64,000 nucleotides of DNA, taken from contig CAVWQP010000001.1 in assembly GCA_963757125.1 (NCBI GenBank), forward strand, positions 1,942 through 65,941, given 5' to 3'. The position numbers and the translations under genes were made by a program. The stretch is from an uncultured Solirubrobacterales bacterium. Lineage in GTDB: Bacteria; Actinomycetota; Thermoleophilia; Solirubrobacterales; Solirubrobacteraceae. Below the pieces are notes generated by a model. That model worked only from the letters and a program-made list of their open reading frames with translations, was not told the origin of the DNA and did not search any database. Below, piece by piece: positions 8,922 to 17,991 of the stretch (its first letter is position 1; every line of letters starts with the position of its first letter).

Positions 8922-9929
8922 ATGCTCCGCCGTCGCATCCAGATCGCCGTCCCACTGCTCCTCGCCGTCGTCGCCGGCGCGGCGACGCTGACCCCGTCGA
9001 CGGGCGCGCAGGACGTCGACAAGCTCCGCCAGCGGGCCGACTCCAAGCGCGCGAGCGAGCGTCAGCTGTCCGGCGACGTCGCCCGCCTCGGCACGCTGCT
9101 GCGGCGCCTGCAGGCCGACATCGCGGTCGTCGAGCGCCGCCGGAGCGAGGTGCAGGCCGAGCTCGCGGAGGACCAGGCCAAGCTCGGCGCCCTGCGCAGC
9201 GACCTCCGCGGTCAGCGCGCCCGGGTCCAGCGGCTCAAGACGCACCTGCGCCAGAGCCAGGCCGTCCTCGCGGCACGGCTCGTCGAGCTCTACAAGGCGC
9301 CCGACCCGGACCTGCTGAGCGTCGTCCTGAGCGCACACGACTTCTCCGACCTGCTCGACCAGGCGACGTTCCTGCAGCGCATCCAGAAGCAGGACCGCCG
9401 GGTGATCACGAACGTCGAGCGGGCCCGCAGCGACGCGAACGCCGCGGTCTCGCGGCTCGCGAAGGCGGAGGCCGCCCAGGAGGAGACGACGGAGGCGATC
9501 GCCGCCCGCAGCAAGGCGCTGACCGGCATCAGCGCCGCCCTGGCGAGCCGGCAGGCGGACTACACGGCCGCGCGTGCGGCGCGCGCCGCGGCGCTCAGCA
9601 ACGCGCGGACGAGCCGCAAGGGCCTCGAGGCGCGCATCGCCAAGCTCGAGGCCCGCCGTGCGAGCTATGCGGGCGCGAGCTCCGGCGGCCCCTGGTCGAT
9701 CCCGTGGCCGATCGTGCAGTGCGAGTCCGGCGGGACGAACACCCCGCCCAACAGCGCGGGCGCCTCGGGCTACTACCAGATCATCCCCTCGACCTGGCGC
9801 CTGTACGGCGGCAGCGGACCGGCCGCCTACCTGGCGCCCAAGTCCGAGCAGGATCAGGTCGCGGCGAGGATCTGGAACGGCGGCGCCGGCGCGGGCAACT
9901 GGGTCTGCGCGGCGCTCGTCGCGCACTGA
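8922..9929 (+). CDS. Secreted coiled-coil protein with C-terminal Rpf/transglycosylase-like domain
   Basis: Signal peptide MLRRRIQIAVPLLLAVVAGAATL, a long heptad-like region, and a C-terminal WPIVQCESGGTNTPPNSAGASGYYQIIPSTW...NWVCAA matching the transglycosylase-like (Rpf-type) signature. Confidence 0.85.
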   Translation: MLRRRIQIAVPLLLAVVAGAATLTPSTGAQDVDKLRQRADSKRASERQLSGDVARLGTLLRRLQADIAVVERRRSEVQAELAEDQAKLGALRSDLRGQRARVQRLKTHLRQSQAVLAARLVELYKAPDPDLLSVVLSAHDFSDLLDQATFLQRIQKQDRRVITNVERARSDANAAVSRLAKAEAAQEETTEAIAARSKALTGISAALASRQADYTAARAARAAALSNARTSRKGLEARIAKLEARRASYAGASSGGPWSIPWPIVQCESGGTNTPPNSAGASGYYQIIPSTWRLYGGSGPAAYLAPKSEQDQVAARIWNGGAGAGNWVCAALVAH

Positions 9930-10912
9930 TGCTCGGGCACGACCCGAGCGCGAGCACATCGGAGAACTACCGCCGCTTCGCCGCGCTCGAGGCGCACGGG
10001 ACGTCGGCGGTCTACGAGGCGATCTGCGACGGCGTCTCGACCGACCCCGACGTCCTCGCCTTCCTCGGCGACCTGGCGCCGCGCTGCCGCCAGCCGAACC
10101 TCCTGCTCGGCGTCGTCAAGTACGCCTTCGGCGAGCAGGCGACCTACGGCGCGTTCCGCGAGACGGTCCTCTCGCATCGCGACGAGGTCGCGGAGCTGCT
10201 GGCGACGCGGCGCACGCAGACCAACGAGCCCGCCCGCTGCGCGGCGATGCTCCCGATCCTCGCGTCGCTGCCCGGGCCGCTCGCGCTCCTCGAGGTCGGA
10301 GCGAGTGCGGGCCTCTGCCTCCTGCCGGACCGCTACGGCTACCGCTACGGCGACCACGTCGTCGGCGAGGGCCCGCCGGTCATCGACTGCCGCCTCGTCG
10401 GCGACCTGACCCCGCCGCTGCCCACGGCGCTGCCGGAGGTCGTCTGGCGCAAGGGGATCGACCTCCAGCCGCTCGACGTCCGCGACCCCGACCACGTGCG
10501 CTGGCTGGAGTCGCTCGTGTGGCCGGGCCAGACGACGCGGGAGCGTCACCTGCGGGAGTCACTCGCGCTCGCGCGCGAGGACCCGCCGGAGATCGTCGCG
10601 GGCGACCTCACCGAGCTCCTCGAGGACGTCGCCGCCGAGGCGCCGCGGGACGCGACGCTCGTCGTCTTCCACACCGCCGTCCTGAGCTATCTGACGGTCG
10701 AGCAGCGCCTCGACGTCGGGCGTCGCATCGCGGCGCTGGGCGCGACGTGGATCGCCAGCGAGGCACCGGGCATCCTGGGCGTCCCGGCACGCCCGGGGGC
10801 CCTCATGGAGCGCGGGCACTTCGTGCTCGTGGTCGACGGGACGCATGAGGTGGCGAGCATGGGTCCCCACGGCGACTGGCTGAAGTGGGAGAAGCAGTGC
10901 ACCGCTCGGTAG
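9929..10912 (+). CDS. DUF2332-like protein
   Basis: ATG 9929 overlaps the previous stop (TGATG). The N-terminus NYRRFAALEAHGTSAVYEAICDGV and motifs LLEVGASAGLCLLPDRY and VVFHTAVLSYL are typical of that family as I recall it. Confidence 0.7.
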   Translation: MLGHDPSASTSENYRRFAALEAHGTSAVYEAICDGVSTDPDVLAFLGDLAPRCRQPNLLLGVVKYAFGEQATYGAFRETVLSHRDEVAELLATRRTQTNEPARCAAMLPILASLPGPLALLEVGASAGLCLLPDRYGYRYGDHVVGEGPPVIDCRLVGDLTPPLPTALPEVVWRKGIDLQPLDVRDPDHVRWLESLVWPGQTTRERHLRESLALAREDPPEIVAGDLTELLEDVAAEAPRDATLVVFHTAVLSYLTVEQRLDVGRRIAALGATWIASEAPGILGVPARPGALMERGHFVLVVDGTHEVASMGPHGDWLKWEKQCTAR

Positions 10913-10953
10913 AGTCGGCATGAGCCCGTGCGCTCCCGACCGGGCTCGGGAAC

Positions 10954-12519
10954 GTGCGATCGATCTTCAGGCGAAGCCTCACCATCAGGACGCTGCTCGT
11001 CGGCGGTGTCCTCGCTGCCCTCCTGGGCGCGGTGTTCGCCGTGCTCGTCGTGGCGGTGCGTGAGCAGCAGTCGGCGGGCCGCCTGGCGTTGCGGTCGCAG
11101 CAGGCGATCGGCGCCGGTTCCGCGCTGGAGACCTCCCTCGTCAACCTGGAGAACGGCGTCCGCGGCTACGTCGCGAGCGGCCGCGAACGTCTCCTGGAGC
11201 CCTTCCGCACGGCCCGTCGCACGTACCCCGCGCAGGCCGAGCGCCTGAGCCGCCTCGTCGCCGACGAGCCGCGCCAGCAGGCGGCCGTCCGCCAGATCAC
11301 GACCGGCATCAACGACTACGTCGCCCTGTGGGCGCTGCCGCTCGTCGGCTTGGCCGACGAGCGCCGCGAGGTCGCCCAGAGCGTGCTCGCGACCGGGACC
11401 GGCCGCGAGCGGCTGGACACGCTGCGCAGCGAGCTGGCGACCCTCTTCGCCCGCGAGCGGTCGGTCGCGGCCGAGCGCGAGCGGCGTGCCGACCGGCGAT
11501 CGGACACGGCTGTCGTCCTCGGGCTCATCGGCATGGGCCTCGTCGCGCTGGTCGCCTTGGGGATGTGGCTCGGGCTGCGCCGGTCGATCCTGCGACCGGT
11601 CGAGCGTGTCGCCATGGCCACGCGCGCCGTGGCCGACGGCGATCTCACCGTGCACGTCCCCGCAGACCGCGAGGACGAGATCGGCACGCTCGCGCGCTCG
11701 TTCAACGACATGACGGACGCGCTGAACCGCAGCCACCAGCAGCTCGACTCCCGCTCGCAGGAGCTCGAGCGCTCCAACCACGACCTCGAGCAGTACGCGC
11801 AGATGGCGTCGCACGACCTGCAGGCGCCGCTCGCGACGATCGACCTCTACCTGCGCCTCATCGAGCGCCGCCTCCCGGACGCCTCGCAGGAGGAGCTCGT
11901 CCAGCTGTTGGAGGGCGTCGGCGGCTCGACGGACCGCATGCGCTCGCTCGTCCGCGACCTCCTCCACCTCGCCCGCGTGGGCCGCGGTGAGCCGCGACGC
12001 GAGACGCTCGACACGCGCGCCGTGCTCGACCGCGCGCTCGAGAACCTCGCCGGCCCGATCGACGAGCGCGGCGCGGACGTCAGCGCCGGCCCGCTGCCCA
12101 TCGTCAGCGGCGATCCGGGCCAGCTCAGCCTGCTGTTCCAGAACCTCCTCGGCAACGCCATCAAGTTCAGCGACCACGACGCGCCGCACGTGAGCGTCAC
12201 GGCGTCGATCGAGGGCGACGAGGCCCAGTTCGCGGTGCGCGACAACGGCATCGGGATCGACCCGCAGCACGCGGAGCGGATCTTCCAGCCGTTCCAGCGG
12301 CTGCACGGCGAGGACCGCTACGAGGGCACGGGGATCGGCCTGGCGATCTGCCAGCGCATCGTCAGCCACCACGGCGGGCGGATCTGGGCCGAGAGCGCCG
12401 TGGGGGCGGGCAGCACGTTCCGCTTCACGCTGCCGCTGGCCGACGAGAGCCCGTCGCCGCCCGCGCCGCCGACGACGACGCACGACGAGGCCGAGACCTC
12501 ACACGCAGCGGCCGCATGA
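10954..12519 (+). CDS. CHASE3-HAMP sensor histidine kinase
   Basis: After TM1 comes a CHASE3-like segment (LVNLENGVRGYVASGRERLLEPF). This is followed by TM2, HAMP (DEIGTLARSFNDM), HisKA (ASHDLQAPL) and HATPase (GNAIKFS, DNGIGI, GTGIGLAICQRIV). Confidence 0.9.
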   Translation: MRSIFRRSLTIRTLLVGGVLAALLGAVFAVLVVAVREQQSAGRLALRSQQAIGAGSALETSLVNLENGVRGYVASGRERLLEPFRTARRTYPAQAERLSRLVADEPRQQAAVRQITTGINDYVALWALPLVGLADERREVAQSVLATGTGRERLDTLRSELATLFARERSVAAERERRADRRSDTAVVLGLIGMGLVALVALGMWLGLRRSILRPVERVAMATRAVADGDLTVHVPADREDEIGTLARSFNDMTDALNRSHQQLDSRSQELERSNHDLEQYAQMASHDLQAPLATIDLYLRLIERRLPDASQEELVQLLEGVGGSTDRMRSLVRDLLHLARVGRGEPRRETLDTRAVLDRALENLAGPIDERGADVSAGPLPIVSGDPGQLSLLFQNLLGNAIKFSDHDAPHVSVTASIEGDEAQFAVRDNGIGIDPQHAERIFQPFQRLHGEDRYEGTGIGLAICQRIVSHHGGRIWAESAVGAGSTFRFTLPLADESPSPPAPPTTTHDEAETSHAAAA

Positions 12520-13424
12520 GGGCGCGACTCGCCACCCTCCTGGCGCTCGGCGTCCTGCTCGCGCTGGCCGGCTGCGGAGGCGGGGGCGCCGACCCGCCGA
12601 AGGATCCTGCGCAGAGCGCGGACCCGATCCGGCTGGGCACGAAGAACTTCACCGAGCAGTACATCCTGGGCGAGATCTACGCGCAGGCGCTGCGCGCACA
12701 CGGGATCCCGGTCGAGCTCAAGAGCGACATCGGCAGCTCGGAGATCGTCGACCAGGCGATGCAGATCGGCAGCCTCGACATGTACCCCGAGTACACCGGG
12801 GTGCTGCTGTCGGAGATCGCGGGCGTGAGCCGGCGACCGCCCTCGGCCGAGGCGACGTTCACCGCCGCCCAGAGGTTCGAGCGCACGCGCGGCTACGACC
12901 TCCTGACGATGACGCCGTTCAGCAACTCCAACGCGCTGGCGGTCACCCACAAGACGGCGATGAAGTACGGCCTGCGGACGATCGGCGACCTCGACAGGAT
13001 CCCCGGCGGGGCGACGATCGCGGCGCCGCCGGAGTTCCGCACGCGCTTCGAGGGGCTCGTGGGCCTGCGGGACCGCTACATGCTCACGGCGAAGGTCGTC
13101 GCCATGCCGATCGGCCAGCAGTACAAGGCGCTGGACGAGGGCCGCGTCGACGCCGCCGCGGTGTTCGCGACCGACGGCATGCTCGACGACGAGGAGTACG
13201 TGATCCTGCGCGACCCGCGCAACCTCTTCAGCTTCCAGAACGTCACGCCGGTCGTCCGCACGTCGGTGCTGAAGCGCACGCCGGGGCTCGCGAAGGCGGT
13301 CGACCCGGTGTCGGCGAAGCTCACGACCGATGCGATGCGCAAGATGAACGCGCAGGTCGACATCGACGGCCGCGAGCCCGCGGCCGTCGCCAAGGAGTTC
13401 CTGGAACGGGAGGGGCTGCTGTGA
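12516..13424 (+). CDS. Glycine-betaine/osmoprotectant-type ABC substrate-binding lipoprotein (OpuAC family)
   Basis: Lipobox LALAGCGG. IRLGTKNFTEQYILGEIYAQAL and DMYPEYTG are typical of the family. The start overlaps the kinase stop (ATGA). Confidence 0.85.
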   Translation: MRARLATLLALGVLLALAGCGGGGADPPKDPAQSADPIRLGTKNFTEQYILGEIYAQALRAHGIPVELKSDIGSSEIVDQAMQIGSLDMYPEYTGVLLSEIAGVSRRPPSAEATFTAAQRFERTRGYDLLTMTPFSNSNALAVTHKTAMKYGLRTIGDLDRIPGGATIAAPPEFRTRFEGLVGLRDRYMLTAKVVAMPIGQQYKALDEGRVDAAAVFATDGMLDDEEYVILRDPRNLFSFQNVTPVVRTSVLKRTPGLAKAVDPVSAKLTTDAMRKMNAQVDIDGREPAAVAKEFLEREGLL

Positions 13425-13795
13425 CGGGCATCCAGCCGGAGCTCTGGGTCGATCGGGCCGGCGCTGCGGTGACCTTCTACGAGGCGGCGTTCGGCGCGCG
13501 GGTGCTGCTGCGCGTCGGCGAGGGCGACGACATCGTCGCCCAGCTCGCGGTCGACGACGCCGTGTTCTGGGTGTCGGCCGCGTCCGACGGCGGCCCGCGG
13601 TTCAGCCCGCCGGCGATCGGCGGGACGACAGGGCGGACGCTGCTCGTCGTCGACGATCCCGACGCGTTCGCGGCCCGGGCGCTCGCCGCCGGCGCGACGG
13701 AACTCGCCCCCGTCGCCGACGAGCACGGGTGGCGGCTGGGACGGATCGAGGACCCCTTCGGCCACGAGTGGGAGATCGGCCGGCCGCTCGCCTGA
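13421..13795 (+). CDS. VOC (glyoxalase/bleomycin-resistance fold) family protein
   Basis: 124 aa. AVTFYEAAFGA ... IEDPFGHEWEI is typical of the PhnB-like VOC fold. GTGA overlap with the upstream stop. Confidence 0.8.
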   Translation: MTGIQPELWVDRAGAAVTFYEAAFGARVLLRVGEGDDIVAQLAVDDAVFWVSAASDGGPRFSPPAIGGTTGRTLLVVDDPDAFAARALAAGATELAPVADEHGWRLGRIEDPFGHEWEIGRPLA

Positions 13796-13807
13796 CCGTC
13801 GCGATCT

Positions 13808-14152
13808 ATGCGAACATGCGTTCGCATGACGGCCAAGGGAAGCTCCTACGCATGGTTCCGCCGCTGCCTCGCGCGCGGCGACCTCGCGGGCGTCCGGGCG
13901 GCGGCGGTGGAGCTCCCCGTGATCGACCTCACCGATGCCTTGCGCATCTGCGTGCTGATGGCCCAGCAGGGCGATCGGCGCTTCGAGCGCGCGGCCGTCC
14001 GCTGGCTGGCGCGGCTCTGCGTCGAACGGCGCCCGACCCTCGACGACCTGCGCGCCGGGCTCATCGCGCTGGAGGCACTGCCGCTCAACCCGGTGGGCGC
14101 CAAGCAGGAGCTCTCGAGCCTCTGCGGGCGCCTGGGGGTCGGCGCGCCCTAG
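13808..14152 (+). CDS. Hypothetical protein
   Basis: 114-aa ORF with high GC3. The likely start is ATG 13826. No family recognised. Confidence 0.55.
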   Translation: MRTCVRMTAKGSSYAWFRRCLARGDLAGVRAAAVELPVIDLTDALRICVLMAQQGDRRFERAAVRWLARLCVERRPTLDDLRAGLIALEALPLNPVGAKQELSSLCGRLGVGAP

Positions 14153-15168
14153 GCGATGAGGGCGACCTTGCCGGTGTTGCCGCCCTGCTCCGCGAAGCGC
14201 AGCGCGGCGGCGGCGTCGGTCAGGGGGAAGCGCGCGGCGACCTGCGCCGAGATCCGCCCCTCGCGCAGGAGCCCGAACAAGCGGGCGAGGTCCTCGCGCA
14301 CCTGGGCCCGATACCGCGCGGGGCGCAGGCGCTTGCCGGCCCAGAGGTTGAAGAAGTGGGCATGGCGCCCGTTGGGCAGGAGGTTCCAGGCCGTGAGCCG
14401 CGCGAGCAGCTTCAGCACGGGCAGACGCGCGTTGCCCGGGTCGTCCTTCGTCGCTGCGCTGCCGTAGGAGACGAGCGTGCCGCCGCGCGCGAGCATCCGC
14501 CAGGACGCCTCGATGCCGTCGCCGCCCACGTGGTCGAAGACGGCGGCGACGCCGCCGGGCGCCAGCTCGCGCACGCGGGCGGGGACGTCCTCGGCCCGGT
14601 AGTCCACCGGGATGGCGCCGAGCGCCCGGACGCTGTCCTGCTGGGCGGGCCCGGCGACGCCGATCACCACGATCCCGGCATCCACGGCGAGCTGGACCAG
14701 GAGCGAGCCGACGCCGCCGGCCGCGCCCAGCACGACGATCGTCGCGCCCGACGGCACGCGCGCGGTGCGATGGAGCATCCGCCAGGCCGTCAGCCCGTTG
14801 ACGATCGCCGTCTCCGCGTCGACGGGATCGACGCCGTCGGGTACCGGCGCGAGATCGGCGACCGGGAGCACCACGCGCTCCGCCCAGGCCCCGGTCTTCG
14901 TGAGCGCGGCGACGCGGCGGCCCGGCGCGAGGGAGACGCCGGTGCCGACCCGCTCGACGACGCCGACGAGGTCGTAGCCCGGCACGAACGGGAACGGCGG
15001 CTGGTCGTAGTACTTGCCGAGCCGCATCTGCTGCTCGGCGAACGAGACGCCCGTCGCCTCGACGCGCACGACGGCCTCGCCGGGACCCGGCTCCGGGAGC
15101 TCCTGGGTGATCGCCCGGAGCGTCTCGGGCTCGCCGATGCCGGGAAGCTCGATCGCGAGGGTGCGCAT
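14149..15168 (-). CDS. Zinc-type alcohol dehydrogenase / NADPH:quinone oxidoreductase (MDR family)
   Basis: MRTLAIELPGIGEPETLRA..., VPGYDLVGVV, GATIVVLGAAGGVGSLLVQLA. The ATG at 15168 is preceded by AGGAG. Confidence 0.9.
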   Translation of the reverse strand: MRTLAIELPGIGEPETLRAITQELPEPGPGEAVVRVEATGVSFAEQQMRLGKYYDQPPFPFVPGYDLVGVVERVGTGVSLAPGRRVAALTKTGAWAERVVLPVADLAPVPDGVDPVDAETAIVNGLTAWRMLHRTARVPSGATIVVLGAAGGVGSLLVQLAVDAGIVVIGVAGPAQQDSVRALGAIPVDYRAEDVPARVRELAPGGVAAVFDHVGGDGIEASWRMLARGGTLVSYGSAATKDDPGNARLPVLKLLARLTAWNLLPNGRHAHFFNLWAGKRLRPARYRAQVREDLARLFGLLREGRISAQVAARFPLTDAAAALRFAEQGGNTGKVALIA

Positions 15169-15205
15169 GGGGCTCGCTCCTGTCGTTGATGTTCTGCTAT
15201 CTAGC

Positions 15206-15228
15206 ATGTGTTAGAGACTATAACATAC
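15206..15228. promoter_or_regulatory. Candidate TetR operator (imperfect palindrome ATGTGTTA-N7-TAACATAC) in an AT-rich divergent intergenic region
   Basis: The core TGTTA (15209..15213) and TAACA (15221..15225) are exact inverted repeats. The motif sits between the divergent oxidoreductase and TetR genes, in the only AT-rich patch of this neighbourhood. Confidence 0.35.
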
Positions 15229-15253
15229 GTATCGCTCTGTTACTGTCCGTCGC

Positions 15254-15940
15254 ATGAGCGCGCCGAACCTCACCCGCCGGGAGCGCGTGCGGGAGCAGAC
15301 CCTTCGCGAGATCGAGCAGCACGCGCTCGCGCAGGTCGCAGAGGGCGGCGTCGCCGCCCTGTCGCTCAACGCGATCGCCAAGGCCATGGGCATGTCCGGC
15401 CCGGCGATCTACCGCTACTTCAGCTCGCGCGACGAGCTGCTCGCGGCGCTGATCACCGACGGCTACGCCGAGCTCGGCGAGGTCGTCACGGCCGCGGCCG
15501 CGGCGACCGCACGCCGCGCGCCGGCGAGGCGCCTCGCGGCTGTCGCCGACGCCTACCTGGCGTGGGCGCGCGCCAACCCGTATCGCTACGAGCTGCTGTT
15601 CAGCGTCCGGCCTGCGACCTACTCCGATCCGGCCGAGGCGATCGAGGCGATCCAGCCGGCGATGGTCGCCCTGCTCGAACTCCTGGGCGAGATCGCCGGC
15701 GAGGCCGGTGCGCCCAGGCCGGGCGCGAAGCTCGAGGGGCAGCTGCGGCGCTGGGCCGCCGCGCGAGGCGACGCCGACCCGCCGCCCCCGGGCGTCCTGA
15801 AGCTCGGCGTCCTCGCCTGGTCGCGACTGCACGGCATCGCGAGCCTCGAGCTGGCCGGCATCCTCGGGGACATGCAGCTCGACGCCGGCCTGCTCGCCCA
15901 GGCGGAGGTCGACGACCTCGTCGCGCGCGCCGCGTCCTAG
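15254..15940 (+). CDS. TetR/AcrR-family transcriptional regulator
   Basis: N-terminal HTH REIEQHALAQVAEGGVAALSLNAIAKAMGMSGPAIYRYFSSRDELL. Confidence 0.9.
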   Translation: MSAPNLTRRERVREQTLREIEQHALAQVAEGGVAALSLNAIAKAMGMSGPAIYRYFSSRDELLAALITDGYAELGEVVTAAAAATARRAPARRLAAVADAYLAWARANPYRYELLFSVRPATYSDPAEAIEAIQPAMVALLELLGEIAGEAGAPRPGAKLEGQLRRWAAARGDADPPPPGVLKLGVLAWSRLHGIASLELAGILGDMQLDAGLLAQAEVDDLVARAAS

Positions 15941-16314
15941 CCGACGACCCAGCGCACGATCCGCGCCCCGACCTCCTCGGGATGCTCCAGATGCAGGAAG
16001 TGCCCGGCCTGCTCGACGAACGCCATGTCATTCGCCGCGAGGACGGACCGCGCGTGCGACGACTTCAGGAGGAACAGGTGGAAGAAGCGCTTGAACTGCT
16101 CGTAGTCGGCGAAGAGCCGCTCGTCGAGCGTCAGCGGCGGGACTCCGATCGTCACCAGGCGCCGCCAGCGTTCCGGCGCGAGCGCGGGCAGCAGACGGCG
16201 CCACGTCCACGCCGAGTCGGGGAACCCGTGCAGGCAGAGCGCGAGCGGCCCGGTCCCGGACTGGACGACGCCGAACGCGATCCCACCCGCCTCGACGCGC
16301 CCCTCGCTCAGCAC
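15937..16314 (-). pseudogene. Alpha/beta hydrolase remnant (125 aa, lacks the nucleophile elbow)
   Basis: The N-terminus GTGPLALCLHGFPDSAWTWRRLLPALA joins directly to PERWRRLVTIGVPP, and later to the C-terminal EQAGHFLHLEHPEEV. The ~150 aa that normally carry G-x-S/D-x-G are absent, yet the frame is kept. Confidence 0.5.
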
Positions 16315-16327
16315 GCCGCAACCGTAC

Positions 16328-16906
16328 TCAGCGCGTGCGGTACGTCGCGATGATCACGCCGGTGGTCGTCGTGACCGAGTCGACCAGCTCCAGGTCGGCG
16401 TCGGACCCCTCGCCGAACAGCCGCACCCCGCGACCCACGACGAGCGGGTGGATCATCAGGAGGTACTCGTCGATCAGGCCGTGAGGCTGCAGGGAGCGGA
16501 TCAGCTCGCCGCTGCCGAGGATCGTGAGGTGCACGGACTCCTTGAGCGCACCGACCGCCTCGGCGACGTCGCCCTGGAGGACCGAGGCTCCCTCCCACTC
16601 CAGCGGGTCGCTCAGCGTCGTCGTTGCGACGTGCTTGCGCGCGGCGTTGATGCGCGCGGTGTTCGGCTCGTCGGGCGACGCGTTCGGCCACACGCTCGCG
16701 AGGTCCTCGTACGTGCGGCGGCCCATGAGGAGCGCGCTCTCACCGTCCGGCACGCGGGCGGCCATCGCCTTGCCCATGACCGCGTCGGCGTTGGCACTCG
16801 CCCATCCGCCGCGGTCGAAGCCGCCCCGGCGGTCCTCGTCGGGAGCCGCCGGGGCCTGGATGACGCCGTCGAGCGTCACGTGGTTCACCACCGTGATCGT
16901 TCCCAT
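16328..16906 (-). CDS. Dihydrofolate reductase family protein (RibD C-terminal domain type)
   Basis: VVNHVTLDGVIQAP..., LLMGRRTYEDLASVWP, TILGSGELIRSL, IDEYLLMIHPLVVGRG. Confidence 0.85.
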   Translation of the reverse strand: MGTITVVNHVTLDGVIQAPAAPDEDRRGGFDRGGWASANADAVMGKAMAARVPDGESALLMGRRTYEDLASVWPNASPDEPNTARINAARKHVATTTLSDPLEWEGASVLQGDVAEAVGALKESVHLTILGSGELIRSLQPHGLIDEYLLMIHPLVVGRGVRLFGEGSDADLELVDSVTTTTGVIIATYRTR

Positions 16907-16944
16907 GCCATCCAGGACGAGGTGGCCGGCCCGGACTCATCGGA

Positions 16945-17991
16945 TCACGGGCACGGCAGCTCGGCGACGATCGTGGTGTCGCCGGCCGTGCTCGTGACCG
17001 TGAGGGCGCCATCGAGCGCCTCGACGCGGTGGCGCAGGCCGGTCAGCCCGCTGCCCGACGGGTCCGCCCCGCCAGGGCCCTCGTCGCGGATCGTGGCGAG
17101 CAGGAGGTCGTCCTGCAGCGTGAGCGTGACCTCGACCGGTGCGCGCGGCGCGTGCCTGGCCGCGTTGGCCAGCGCCTCGCAGACGACGAAGTACGCGGCC
17201 CCCTCGACCACCGGCGCGAGCCGTCGGTCGAGGTCGGCATGCACCGTGACCTCGCCGGCCGACCGCGACGCCAGGGCCTCGACGGCCGCGGCCAGGCCGC
17301 GGTCGGCGAGGACGGGCGGCGCGATCCCACGGGCGAGGTCGCGCAGCTCGGCGATCGCGGCCCTGGTCTCGTCGTTGGCGCTGCGCAGGAGCCGGGCGAC
17401 CTCGGGCTGCTCGACGAGCAGCATCTGGGCCATCCCGAGCTTCATGCTCAGCGTGATGAGCCGCGCCTGCGCGCCGTCGTGGAGCTCACGCTCGAGACGC
17501 TGCAGCTCCGCCGCCTGCGCCTCGAGCGCGCTGCGCCGCGTGCGGGTCAGCGTGTCGACGCGCTCCGTGAGCTCCAGCTCGCGGCCGCCGCCGCGCCGCA
17601 GCCAGATGCTGCGGCCGACGGCGTGCGTCGCGAGGATGGCGGCGGGGCCGAGCAGCGCGATCGCCGGCCAGGCGCCGTGGGCCCCGGTCAGGCCCCACAG
17701 CACCACGAGGATCCCCGCCACGATCCCCGTGATCACCGCGTGGATCGCGAGGGCCCGGCTCCGGCCGGCCGGCGTGGAACGCCAGACCGACCAGAGGCCG
17801 CCGTGGACGGCGAGCGGGATGCACAGCCCGAACCACACCCACATGGGCCAGAACTCGCCCGCGTCGGTGAGGCCCCAGATCATCGTCACGACGAACCCGA
17901 TGAGCGCGGTGATCGTGACGTGGATCGCGAGTGCCGCCGAGCGGTCGTCCATGGGCTCGCCGGGCATCGGGGTCAGGGCCTCAGCGGACAT
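16945..17991 (-). CDS. Sensor histidine kinase (HisKA_3/NarX-type) with duplicated N-terminal 2TM module
   Basis: Two repeats are present: ALAIHVTITALIGFVV..WGLT and ALAIHAVITGIVAGILVVLWGLT. These are followed by ELHDGAQARL (H-box) and an HATPase domain (ANAARHA, DEGPGG). It overlaps the upstream MMPL gene by 11 nt. Confidence 0.85.
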   Translation of the reverse strand: MSAEALTPMPGEPMDDRSAALAIHVTITALIGFVVTMIWGLTDAGEFWPMWVWFGLCIPLAVHGGLWSVWRSTPAGRSRALAIHAVITGIVAGILVVLWGLTGAHGAWPAIALLGPAAILATHAVGRSIWLRRGGGRELELTERVDTLTRTRRSALEAQAAELQRLERELHDGAQARLITLSMKLGMAQMLLVEQPEVARLLRSANDETRAAIAELRDLARGIAPPVLADRGLAAAVEALASRSAGEVTVHADLDRRLAPVVEGAAYFVVCEALANAARHAPRAPVEVTLTLQDDLLLATIRDEGPGGADPSGSGLTGLRHRVEALDGALTVTSTAGDTTIVAELPCP

